This document shows, piece after piece, positions 27,946 through 36,216 of a stretch of 64,000 nucleotides of DNA. Each line of letters opens with the position of its first letter. The first letter of the stretch is position 1. Both the position numbers and the translations under genes were made by a program. The notes beneath the pieces are model-generated. The model saw nothing but the letters and a program-made list of their open reading frames with translations, searched no databases and was not told the origin of the DNA. The DNA comes from a virus. The DNA is taken from positions 126,372 through 190,371 of IMG/VR virus record IMGVR_UViG_3300027782_000032. One strand, 5' to 3'.

Positions 27946-28590
27946 ATGAACACATGCTACGCTATAATAAGCACTCCAAGGTCTGGGTCAAGCGCATTAT
28001 CGGGGGTGGTTCATACTTTAGGAATAAGCATGGGAGATAGGCTTTTGCCTCCTATGGAACAAAACCCAAAAGGGTTCTATGAGGACATGGAGTTCTTAGA
28101 GCACCACGCTAACATGTACGGAAACATACCTTACTTGATGGACGGCTTAGAACCAGGAACTCCATCTCCTCCAAACCCTGCGTATGCAAGCCTGATAAGA
28201 AGAAGATGCGTAAAACCAAAATGGGGACTAAAAGACCCTAGAATGGTATTTCTAGTTCAAGATTTCAAAGAATACCTTATGAACTGCAAACTAAAAATAA
28301 TCAGTACATCAAGGCCTATAAATTTGTCTGCAAAAAGTATGAGCAAAGTTATAAAAGTAGATTACAGAAGAGCTACTGAAATTATAGGAAGATATGAGGC
28401 TGCAAGACTTGACACACTAGCTTGGGCTGCAGAAGTTGGAATAGAAACGCTTATAGTTCCTTACAACGACTTAATTGACAACACAAAAAACACAGTTAAA
28501 AAAGTAGCTGAGTTTTGCGAGATTACTGATGAAGCCTATATAGCAAGAGCTACGAGCATAGTTGACGTTTCTTTAAGAAACAACAAGTAA
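27946..28590 (+). CDS. sulfotransferase-family protein
   Basis: IISTPRSGSSAL (5'-PSB-like), NPKGFYED, WGLKDPR. Confidence 0.75.
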   Translation: MNTCYAIISTPRSGSSALSGVVHTLGISMGDRLLPPMEQNPKGFYEDMEFLEHHANMYGNIPYLMDGLEPGTPSPPNPAYASLIRRRCVKPKWGLKDPRMVFLVQDFKEYLMNCKLKIISTSRPINLSAKSMSKVIKVDYRRATEIIGRYEAARLDTLAWAAEVGIETLIVPYNDLIDNTKNTVKKVAEFCEITDEAYIARATSIVDVSLRNNK

Positions 28591-28842
28591 CTAAGAGTTG
28601 TCTTCTGAATCAATTGATAGGCCAGACCTGTATACTCCAGGAGACCACTCCTTGCAGTTAAGCCTAGTGCATGGAACGCATATCCTGTTTCTACATACGT
28701 CGTTAGACATAAACTGCTTGCCACATCTAAGGCAATTCTTGTAGCCACAGTTAGCTCGCTTGTTATATCTGTTGTCCACTTTCTTTGCAGGCTTCTTACC
28801 TACTTTTTTGGACTTTCCTTTTTCTTCTTCTCTTTTTGACAC
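28591..28842 (-). CDS. small basic Zn-ribbon protein
   Basis: CLRCGKQFMS and NRICVPC. Confidence 0.6.
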   Translation of the reverse strand: MSKREEEKGKSKKVGKKPAKKVDNRYNKRANCGYKNCLRCGKQFMSNDVCRNRICVPCTRLNCKEWSPGVYRSGLSIDSEDNS

Positions 28843-29288
28843 TTATTGCCACCTCCATGTGGCTTAGCCGTTGTTTCCGGTACCTCGTCAAGATCATCCT
28901 GATCATCCAAAGAACAGTCAAGGCTAAGTAGCTCATTAATAAACTTATTAGAAGACTCCCGCTCAGATACAGCTTCAATGTAGGCGTCGCTGGTTATAGC
29001 TGAATATATGATGTCTCTAGTAATACGGTCTGACCCAGGGATCTCTACTCCTTCCTTGGTTGAAGCTACTGCAAACGGCTCCCTATCTGGTATCGAGCCT
29101 GCAGACTTCCACCTTTTATCAAATATAGAGATCACATCAGACATCTGGCTATAGTTGTAACTCTCTCCAGGCATAGGGTATTTAGGCAAGACATCAGGAA
29201 GTTTTTCAAACACAGGAGGTACATATACTACATAGGTTTTAAACTTAGTGTCTTTATGCATGGAGTAAGATTCCTTTCTTAATACCAA
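28800..29288 (-). CDS. hypothetical protein
   Basis: 162-aa ORF; start uncertain. Confidence 0.55.
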   Translation of the reverse strand: MVLRKESYSMHKDTKFKTYVVYVPPVFEKLPDVLPKYPMPGESYNYSQMSDVISIFDKRWKSAGSIPDREPFAVASTKEGVEIPGSDRITRDIIYSAITSDAYIEAVSERESSNKFINELLSLDCSLDDQDDLDEVPETTAKPHGGGNKCQKEKKKKESPKK

Positions 29289-29300
29289 CGTATAGTTAGG

Positions 29301-30098
29301 CTATTCCTCATCAGCTGAATAAAACGAACCGTATTGCCTTATCAGCCTTCTACGCCTAAAAGCCTCGTCTACCTTAATAGACCTTAAGGGGCCATCGTAA
29401 AGCATGGATACAGGAAAGCAACAAAAATTAATAGCAGCTTTTCCAAATCTTTTTGACGAGCACAAAGAAGACTTAGCGGTCTTAGAGTCCTTGTGACAGT
29501 AAGATATCTGCTTAAGAGTAAGCTTGTATACTCTCTCTCCATCTAGTAAGTGAGAGTGTACTATAAGCATTTCAGATACTCCTGCAACTCTATTAGCTGA
29601 AAGAGAAGCAGGACGCATCTTCCATCTTGGAGAAAACATGCTTAAACCTTTGTCAGATATGGCTTTACTGCTAGATCCTACAGGTATATAAGAAACTTTC
29701 TCACTGTAAAAAAAGCCATAGTCTTTATACTTATCGCTGCCTTTACATAAGCTACTCGTCATACGCCTATAAGCTCTGCATATTGACCTATTCCAACAGT
29801 ATGGGCAATATCTTATCTTACTGCATTTGTAAGCCTTCTTCTTATCTTTGTCTTTAGAGAACCTAAGGTAAGAAGGAAGTGTGCATTTTCTCAAAGAAAA
29901 GCATAAAAAAGGATAACGTGTTTTAAGGTCTTGCAATCTTTCAAAAGCCTTAAAAAAAGCTTTAATCTTTTTACTTCTCAAGTATAAAAACTTTGACATA
30001 GCGCCAGCACGACTTTTAATGCCGTGCTGCGCTACAGTTGCAAATAACTCTAAATAAAAACAGCTTTTATAAAACCTAGATACGAGGCTGGTTGCCAT
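29301..30098 (-). CDS. highly basic protein with C-x4-R-x-C-P-x-C motif, possibly a degenerate HUH Rep-like protein
   Basis: YKCSKIRYCPYCWNR and LIVHSHLL. Confidence 0.3.
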   Translation of the reverse strand: MATSLVSRFYKSCFYLELFATVAQHGIKSRAGAMSKFLYLRSKKIKAFFKAFERLQDLKTRYPFLCFSLRKCTLPSYLRFSKDKDKKKAYKCSKIRYCPYCWNRSICRAYRRMTSSLCKGSDKYKDYGFFYSEKVSYIPVGSSSKAISDKGLSMFSPRWKMRPASLSANRVAGVSEMLIVHSHLLDGERVYKLTLKQISYCHKDSKTAKSSLCSSKRFGKAAINFCCFPVSMLYDGPLRSIKVDEAFRRRRLIRQYGSFYSADEE

Positions 30099-30116
30099 TT
30101 CTTGCCTTCAATTCTT

Positions 30117-30629
30117 TTAGTTAAACTCAGCCATAGCTTTTCCAAACATATCGTTAAACCTTCCACTGTTAGTTGAAGCTTTCTTATCAGTAGGCTTAGT
30201 GCTGAAAGTCTCCCACTCCCCTAACGATACATTATCGCCAGATCTGATAATGTCTGCCTTATACAGAATTTCTTCTTTAACAGAAGAGTACTGCATAAGC
30301 ATTATTTCCTTCCTTAGCGGGTGATTGGCAACAGAACCGTATTCATCAAAAGCTTTTTCAACTCCACCTTTTTCGGATTCTAAGCACCAGCTCTCAGCAA
30401 CAAATACGTACTCCTTTACAGAGCCATTCTGTATTCTGGCTTTCATGTCAGACATTACGTTATCTTTGTCTCTGTTGTTTCTGAACGCTACAGGTTTAAC
30501 TTCAATCTTCTCATCTTCTGATGAAGTAAAGAATACCGGAGGGTGCTCACAGTTAGCCTCCATTACAGACTTTACAAGCTTTTTAATCATAGGAATTTTG
30601 TTAAAAAGTTTGCTGTTAATATCGCTCAT
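30117..30629 (-). CDS. hypothetical protein
   Basis: Start moved to MSDINS (GAGG RBS); YVFVAESWC. Confidence 0.6.
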   Translation of the reverse strand: MSDINSKLFNKIPMIKKLVKSVMEANCEHPPVFFTSSEDEKIEVKPVAFRNNRDKDNVMSDMKARIQNGSVKEYVFVAESWCLESEKGGVEKAFDEYGSVANHPLRKEIMLMQYSSVKEEILYKADIIRSGDNVSLGEWETFSTKPTDKKASTNSGRFNDMFGKAMAEFN

Positions 30630-30651
30630 AGTACACCTCGATAAAAGTTGT

Positions 30652-31365
30652 TTAAACATCATCGCCTACGTTGGCGTTTGAGAAAAAATGAGAGTATGCT
30701 TTTTTACCTTTAAGCATTCTCCTAATCGTATCCATAGCTTTTGCCAATATTTGACGAGCTCTTTCTCTAGTAATTCCAAGTTTATCTCCTATCTGCTGTA
30801 AATTTAGACCTTTGTTGTATTTGTATTTAATAATCATCTTAGACCTTGAATCTAAATGCTCTGATATAATATCCCACATAACTTCGTTTCCGCCCACGCT
30901 ATCAATAAGATCTAAGGCCCAACTAGTTTCTTTTTCTTTATATTCTAAATCTTTAAAAACAGATCCAGCAGAGTTAACTACTTTAGTTTTTACAGAATAA
31001 TAAGATACAAAAGTGCAGTAAGGAAATATTACCTCATGTGAGTCTTTCAACTCTTTCCAACTGGCAGCCATGTGATCAGATTCAAATCTTACAAATGTAG
31101 CTTTAACGTGTTTAAAACAATAATTAAAAACTCTATCTTTAAAAAAGTTATCGCTATAACAGTTAGCAAAAAACAAAGAACTGTTAAAAGATAAAGCTAT
31201 AGAGCCAAGGTAGTCTTTGCTATCGCCTCCAAAGACTTTAGCTAGTTCATCAGACAGTGCAATAATCAAATCTTGGTACCTATACCACATGTATTCAAAA
31301 TTATAATGTTTAGTTACTCTACCTCGTACCTTAACCGGCTTAGTTAGCACTTCTTTTACCGACAT
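30652..31365 (-). CDS. sigma-70 region-4 HTH protein, putative phage sigma factor
   Basis: LDSRSKMIIKYKY..GLNLQQIGDKLGITRERARQILAKAMDTIRR. Confidence 0.75.
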   Translation of the reverse strand: MSVKEVLTKPVKVRGRVTKHYNFEYMWYRYQDLIIALSDELAKVFGGDSKDYLGSIALSFNSSLFFANCYSDNFFKDRVFNYCFKHVKATFVRFESDHMAASWKELKDSHEVIFPYCTFVSYYSVKTKVVNSAGSVFKDLEYKEKETSWALDLIDSVGGNEVMWDIISEHLDSRSKMIIKYKYNKGLNLQQIGDKLGITRERARQILAKAMDTIRRMLKGKKAYSHFFSNANVGDDV

Positions 31366-31408
31366 GATTCAATCCTAGAAATGTAGTTAATTTGTAAATT
31401 AAATAAGT

Positions 31409-31440
31409 CTGCAGAGCCTATTTTAAAGTAGACTCTGCAG
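31409..31440. promoter_or_regulatory. inverted repeat upstream of the sigma-like gene
   Basis: CTGCAGAG (31409-31416) / CTCTGCAG (31433-31440). Confidence 0.45.
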
Positions 31441-31492
31441 TAAACAAAAGTAAACTGTTTACCGGTTAGTAAACGAAAGTAAACCGTTTACC
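31439..31492. repeat. two 25-bp direct repeats at 29-bp period, each containing palindrome GTAAAC-N-GTTTAC; operator-like
   Basis: AGTAAACAAAAGTAAACTGTTTACC (31439-31463) and AGTAAACGAAAGTAAACCGTTTACC (31468-31492). Confidence 0.85.
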
Positions 31493-31499
31493 AAAAGTG

Positions 31500-31766
31500 C
31501 TAGTTAAAAGAAACAACAGCACCCTTGGGATCGGCTACTACAAACCAAGACCCTTCAACCCTGGCATTGTTATCGCCAAGAGTCCATATGTTAACTCTCC
31601 ACCTGTCGCTATAAACGTTTATGGCTTCAGATTTTATAACTCCAGAAGGATAGGTCACAAGTTTAGAAAGGTTGTTAATAATAACCTTGTCTATTTGAAC
31701 CTTACCTTCTTTCTTAAGCTTTGGAGACGTCTCCAACTGCTCATCTTCTTTATGATCAATAGCCAT
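31500..31766 (-). CDS. hypothetical protein
   Basis: Start moved to MAIDHK (GGAGG RBS). Confidence 0.6.
   Translation of the reverse strand: MAIDHKEDEQLETSPKLKKEGKVQIDKVIINNLSKLVTYPSGVIKSEAINVYSDRWRVNIWTLGDNNARVEGSWFVVADPKGAVVSFN
31721..31736. repeat. dispersed palindrome, copy 3 (TTGGAGACGTCTCCAA)
   Basis: Perfect 16-bp palindrome; read as L-E-T-S-P. Confidence 0.95.
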
Positions 31767-31802
31767 TCTACTTACCTCCAAGTAAGAGTTTGTCAGCCAA
31801 TT

Positions 31803-32123
31803 TTACCACTGCAAGCTCTCACCAGCTACGAAGTTCTCACATTCTTGCATAGCTCCCCAGAACTGCTTTCTTACTTCAGACATGTAGCCTGTAAAAAGCT
31901 CTTCTTGTTCAGGAACGTTAGGAGTCTGTATGCAACAACTAAAGAACTTACCGTTATCAGCGGTTGCTGATAAAACTATTTCATTAGCTGTATCTTTGAA
32001 CACTAAGTCAATATTTGTAAGTATAGTTTTACGTAAAATGTGTTCTTTAATAAAAAGAACCGGATTCTTATCGGTAGAAAATCCAACTAATCCGCTTGCA
32101 ATGCAGGTAGCTAGTCCATCCAT
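31803..32123 (-). CDS. hypothetical protein
   Basis: Start moved to MDGLAT (GGAGG RBS). Confidence 0.55.
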   Translation of the reverse strand: MDGLATCIASGLVGFSTDKNPVLFIKEHILRKTILTNIDLVFKDTANEIVLSATADNGKFFSCCIQTPNVPEQEELFTGYMSEVRKQFWGAMQECENFVAGESLQW

Positions 32124-32149
32124 GGCTTCCTCCTTTAAAAATAAAACTA

Positions 32150-32734
32150 CTACTTTCTCAAAAACACACCTATTTTCTCTAAACATTCAATAACCCTGCT
32201 AAGCCCCGTCTTAGTGACGTAATCGCTTAATTTTAAGCTACTGCAGGCCGCTAGAATCAAAGACTCAGTAGACTTTGTTATATCAGCCAGCGTTCTGTAC
32301 CCTATCTCATAAAGAAAGTTCTTTGTCTTCTTATCAAACAAATCGCAGTCTTTGATTAAAATAGCCCTCATGCTAGGAGCTGAAAGCCTTCCACTATGAT
32401 GTGCAATATTCATTGAGTCTCTTAGTTCTAGATGCTTCCTAGTAATACGAGTGTGCTTTCCAAACCTACGCTTTTTAGGTTTGTTAAGCTTAGGCTCCTT
32501 GACAGCTGGAAGACCAAGCCTACACCCATCGCGTTGTACATCTAGCAAGTTTAACTCTTCAAAGTTATCGCTAAAGTCATCTCTAAATTTATCTGGACTA
32601 ACCACCTTACCTAATTTAAACCTAGCTTTGTTACTAGGGCTAAGTACTATGTTCAGGTTAACCTTATCACCAATACTGTTTAAAAGTTCGGTGAGTTGAT
32701 CCATGTCTAAGTTGAGTCTTAGGTCTTTTATCAT
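32150..32734 (-). CDS. protein with C-terminal RNAP alpha-CTD-like domain
   Basis: DLFDKKTKNFLYEIGYRTLADITKSTESLIL and GLSRVIECLEKIGVFL. Confidence 0.5.
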   Translation of the reverse strand: MIKDLRLNLDMDQLTELLNSIGDKVNLNIVLSPSNKARFKLGKVVSPDKFRDDFSDNFEELNLLDVQRDGCRLGLPAVKEPKLNKPKKRRFGKHTRITRKHLELRDSMNIAHHSGRLSAPSMRAILIKDCDLFDKKTKNFLYEIGYRTLADITKSTESLILAACSSLKLSDYVTKTGLSRVIECLEKIGVFLRK

Positions 32735-32761
32735 GTTAAAATCCTTAATGAGGTGTTGTTC

Positions 32762-32816
32762 TGTACACGTTCCACTTAATTCACTATATTCTAAAGAATA
32801 TAGTAGTATACTTTTA
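32762..32816 (+). repeat. 55-bp inverted repeat, left copy
   Basis: TGTACACGTTCCACTTAATTCACTATATTCTAAAGAATATAGTAGTATACTTTTA is the exact reverse complement of 33214-33268. Confidence 0.95.
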
Positions 32817-32826
32817 GCTCTATTTA

Positions 32827-33201
32827 TTATTCAATTTCGTTTGGAAACTGGTCAGCCTCTTCTCCATCGGAAAGCCAAGGTGAAACTGGTCCTATAGGTT
32901 TGATATCAACTAGCTCAGCTCTTCTCCATATTTTTAGAAAGTTACTGCTTTCAAACAAACTGTTCATAAAATAACCTTCTACGTAATCAAAACTTAAAAA
33001 GTCAAAATCATCAGGATTAAGACCTTTTTCAGTTAACTGTTCTTTAACTTTTGCTATTGCACACTCATGGTGCTTTCCTAAAGACACTTGAAACTTTGTA
33101 CACGAGAGCTTTACAAAGTGAGGTATCTTTGAATATTTAGTTCTTACAGCTTCACTTTTATCCTTATGATTTTTTAAAACTACACACCTTACAGAAGCCA
33201 T
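32827..33201 (-). CDS. hypothetical protein enclosed by the 55-bp inverted repeats
   Basis: 124-aa ORF with AAGGA RBS; fills the interval between the repeats. Confidence 0.65.
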   Translation of the reverse strand: MASVRCVVLKNHKDKSEAVRTKYSKIPHFVKLSCTKFQVSLGKHHECAIAKVKEQLTEKGLNPDDFDFLSFDYVEGYFMNSLFESSNFLKIWRRAELVDIKPIGPVSPWLSDGEEADQFPNEIE

Positions 33202-33213
33202 GGTTTAATCCTT

Positions 33214-33268
33214 TAAAAGTATACTACTATATTCTTTAGAATATAGTGAATTAAGTGGAACGTGTACA
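33214..33268 (-). repeat. 55-bp inverted repeat, right copy
   Basis: Exact reverse complement of 32762-32816; contains internal palindrome CTATATTCT-N2-AGAATATAG. Confidence 0.95.
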
Positions 33269-33317
33269 AACTACTGTACAAATTGTTTAAACAGTTCCAC
33301 TTTTAAACCAAATCTAG

Positions 33318-33533
33318 TTATTCATTCTCTTCTTCTTCATTATCACCATTCCACTCTGCGAGCTCCATCATTAGGGATTCTAGCTCTTCAAAAGTAAGAT
33401 CTTTGCATTCGTCTTCTAAACCTCTCTCGGCATAGAAGATCATCTCTGAGCCATCGCCGTCGTCTTTCATTGTTGCCATTTTGACTTCAATGTATTCAGC
33501 TCTTAACTGCTCAAGTTCTTTCTGATCTTTCAT
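33318..33533 (-). CDS. small acidic hypothetical protein
   Basis: 71-aa ORF, Glu/Asp-rich. Confidence 0.55.
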   Translation of the reverse strand: MKDQKELEQLRAEYIEVKMATMKDDGDGSEMIFYAERGLEDECKDLTFEELESLMMELAEWNGDNEEEENE

Positions 33534-33638
33534 AACTTACCTTTCATTTTGTGGTTTAAAGGAAATTTTATCTAAATTTTAAACTCTTTATGTCAAAAGA
33601 CTTACGAGCTTAAATAGACTATTTATAATTCTATATAT

Positions 33639-33666
33639 TTGACAAACCTATTAACATTTGTAAACT
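33639..33666 (+). promoter_or_regulatory. sigma70-like promoter for the 33712 gene
   Basis: TTGACA-N16-TAAACT; AGGAGG RBS at 33701-33706. Confidence 0.5.
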
Positions 33667-33711
33667 TTCATCTCCGGCAACAGGGCCGGTTAGATTTAAC
33701 AGGAGGTTAGT

Positions 33712-33963
33712 ATGTTTCAATTCGTAGTGGCTGCAAGTATCGCTCTAGGTTCCGAGTCAGTAGACGGAGTCTTTGCAAAAAGACAGTCTTCTTGCTCAGG
33801 TGGCTCTTGTTCTGTAGCTAGTAGCCCAGTTGTAGAAGCCAGGAAGGTAGAGGCTGTTAAACCAGCAGCCACTGTTAAGGAATCGACACCGGCCTGTAAA
33901 GCTTCCTCTTGTGGTAAAAACACAAGAAAGCTATTTGGTAGATCAAGAGCTAAGTGCTCCTAA
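33712..33963 (+). CDS. small secreted Cys/Ser-rich peptide
   Basis: AGGAGG RBS, hydrophobic N-terminus, CSGGSC, CKASSC and RKLFGR; has its own promoter and terminator. Confidence 0.65.
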   Translation: MFQFVVAASIALGSESVDGVFAKRQSSCSGGSCSVASSPVVEARKVEAVKPAATVKESTPACKASSCGKNTRKLFGRSRAKCS

Positions 33964-33982
33964 GTCGGGTTTGGGTTGTATG

Positions 33983-34010
33983 CACGGGCGCCCTTTAACA
34001 GGCGCCCGTG
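33983..34010. terminator. bidirectional terminator between convergent genes
   Basis: CACGGGCGCC/GGCGCCCGTG perfect 10-bp stem. Confidence 0.75.
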
Positions 34011-34018
34011 TGTATTTA

Positions 34019-36214
34019 CTAAACAGACGCAGTGGCAGTCGCTGGAACTTTTACTAACGCCTTAGCTGCTTTTAAAGTCTCATCTGAGTTAATAATACTT
34101 AGATACAGCCCGTCACCAAAACTTGCTCCGTACTTGATAAGGTTGTGACCATATATGCTTATATCTACTGAGTTAGCATTCTCAGTAGCTCTAAACAAAT
34201 CTAAGTATTCTTTAGTTTTAACAACAGGAACTCCGTTTACGTCATATCCTACAAATGGAACTGTTATGTCTCCATTTTGTCCATAAGCATACTTATGATT
34301 TTTAGCTTCAGCTGCTGTTATAGCCTTATTATTGTTACTGTCTCCATACTGTTTGTCATACGGATTTAGATGGCTGTACGATAGACAGCTTCCCTTAAAA
34401 GTAAACTTATGTCTTACTGTTGGTGAAAAAGAACAAGCTGGCCTTTCATTAAAGTACTTTATTCTTTTTACCAAAGACTTAGATATTGGGCAGGTTGCTG
34501 GAATAATTATATTAACAAGAGCCCCTGCAGTAGCCTCTATAATGTACTTAGAAAGTCTATATCTTGTGTATATATCGTAAACTAAGGTAGACCCTATAGG
34601 ATTACAAGGAAGCAGTATTACCTTAGCTAAGTTGTAAATTGCATCTTCAGACATAGCAGTGTGCTTTCTAAAGAATCCACAAACTAGATCTAAGCTATTA
34701 GCATCATCGAGCTTAGCTCTTTCAGGTATATCAGAGATATTACCTGGTACTAAGTTCTCAATATCTTCTACAGCTTCAAGTATAGGATTAATATCTTCGT
34801 ATTTAACAGGAATACCTTGAGCTAGTTTAATCATAAATCGTCTGCCACTAGCTTCTGATATTTTAAAGTAATGCTCTCTAAATCTATCAGTCTGTCTATG
34901 CCTGTCAGCGTACTGGTAATCTTTGTACGTCATGTATGAATTAGGCTGGACTTTAAGAATAGGAGCAATAAGTGTGGTAGTTACAAATCCTTTTAAGCCT
35001 TCGCTTAAGCCTGCATCTGCCACTCCTGATGTATCTACAGATTCCATAAAAACAGGTACAGATGTTTCTGCACTGTATTTTCTTATTACGTCTAGGTTTC
35101 TTAAGTTTATAGTGCTTGGTGATACTACTTCAGGGCTGAACATAGTATCATTATTTTGGCAAGCTCTTGACGCGCCTTTTATACGTATACCGCTTTTGCT
35201 TACGTTTATGATCTCGTTAAGCATATCTTCTGAGTAAGGCACACTGCCTTGCTCTACAGCAAGAACCGTATCAAAGTGCGGACCAGGCATAGCATTGTCT
35301 TTATCTTCCATGATTTTATTCATGTGCTTCATAAAAGATATAACTTTCTTTATACGTTCAGCCACATGTTTAGTTCTTTCTAGTCTACCTGCTCCTCTAT
35401 CATAAAGAACTTGAGGTATGTTTGATAAATTATTATGTATGTTCAACGACGTAGTGCTAACTGGCAGCATCTTATGAGCTGAAGAAAGGTTTAGCCTTCT
35501 ATAATTTTTAATAATTATAAACATAGCTTCTGCTAATAGTTCAGGAGTTACCTTTGTAAGGTTTGTAAATATTGTATTGAAATCGTAGTCATCAATATCT
35601 GCTTGAATATCGTCATGATTTCCTTTTAAGTCTAATATTGTAGACGTTATTAGTATTGGATATTGCATTCTTATTAAAGCTGCAAGTAGACTTGCGTCTT
35701 TAAACTCTAAGTCTGGAACTTTAAATAACGAATAATTTGAAGACACAGGCGTGTCTCTAGCTTCATCGTATAGAAAAGGAACTAGATCTTTCTCAAGCCC
35801 TGAGTTTACAGAGTCTAAGATAAGCTCTTGCATAGGGTCTTGTGGAAGACTTAGAGTGTATGTTCTATCAATAGGAGCTAGCGCTGCCGCTACTCTCTTA
35901 GCTTCCATAATAATAAATGCAGCTTCTTTTGTACAACTTCGCACTGTTAATTGATTAGGAAACGGCATGCTAACTATTTCTCTAGCATCATCTTCATTTA
36001 TTTTAAAGTATGATCCAAAGCTCAAGCTTAAATACCTTGAGTTATCTTCTGTAACTTCTTCTGGCTTTAGGTGCACTATCTTATTCAAAAGCTCTAAAGC
36101 GCCTTTGTCAACTTTAGTTATTGCTTCAAAATGATAATCAAAATTAGGCAGCTTACCGTATTTTCTAGCTGTTTTCTTATCCAAGTGTTTGACCAAGTGT
36201 TCTCTAGTTTTCAT
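34019..36214 (-). CDS. large hypothetical protein (731 aa)
   Basis: Long ORF with GGAG RBS; no motif recognised. Confidence 0.75.
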   Translation of the reverse strand: MKTREHLVKHLDKKTARKYGKLPNFDYHFEAITKVDKGALELLNKIVHLKPEEVTEDNSRYLSLSFGSYFKINEDDAREIVSMPFPNQLTVRSCTKEAAFIIMEAKRVAAALAPIDRTYTLSLPQDPMQELILDSVNSGLEKDLVPFLYDEARDTPVSSNYSLFKVPDLEFKDASLLAALIRMQYPILITSTILDLKGNHDDIQADIDDYDFNTIFTNLTKVTPELLAEAMFIIIKNYRRLNLSSAHKMLPVSTTSLNIHNNLSNIPQVLYDRGAGRLERTKHVAERIKKVISFMKHMNKIMEDKDNAMPGPHFDTVLAVEQGSVPYSEDMLNEIINVSKSGIRIKGASRACQNNDTMFSPEVVSPSTINLRNLDVIRKYSAETSVPVFMESVDTSGVADAGLSEGLKGFVTTTLIAPILKVQPNSYMTYKDYQYADRHRQTDRFREHYFKISEASGRRFMIKLAQGIPVKYEDINPILEAVEDIENLVPGNISDIPERAKLDDANSLDLVCGFFRKHTAMSEDAIYNLAKVILLPCNPIGSTLVYDIYTRYRLSKYIIEATAGALVNIIIPATCPISKSLVKRIKYFNERPACSFSPTVRHKFTFKGSCLSYSHLNPYDKQYGDSNNNKAITAAEAKNHKYAYGQNGDITVPFVGYDVNGVPVVKTKEYLDLFRATENANSVDISIYGHNLIKYGASFGDGLYLSIINSDETLKAAKALVKVPATATASV

Positions 36215-36216
36215 TG

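Noticed and set aside
31497-31970. 157-aa plus-strand ORF
   Set aside because: Antisense shadow of two minus-strand genes that have clear GGAGG RBSs. The same reasoning applies to most plus-strand track ORFs (e.g. 69, 918, 1668, 23292, 23792, 36575, 50743, 52474).
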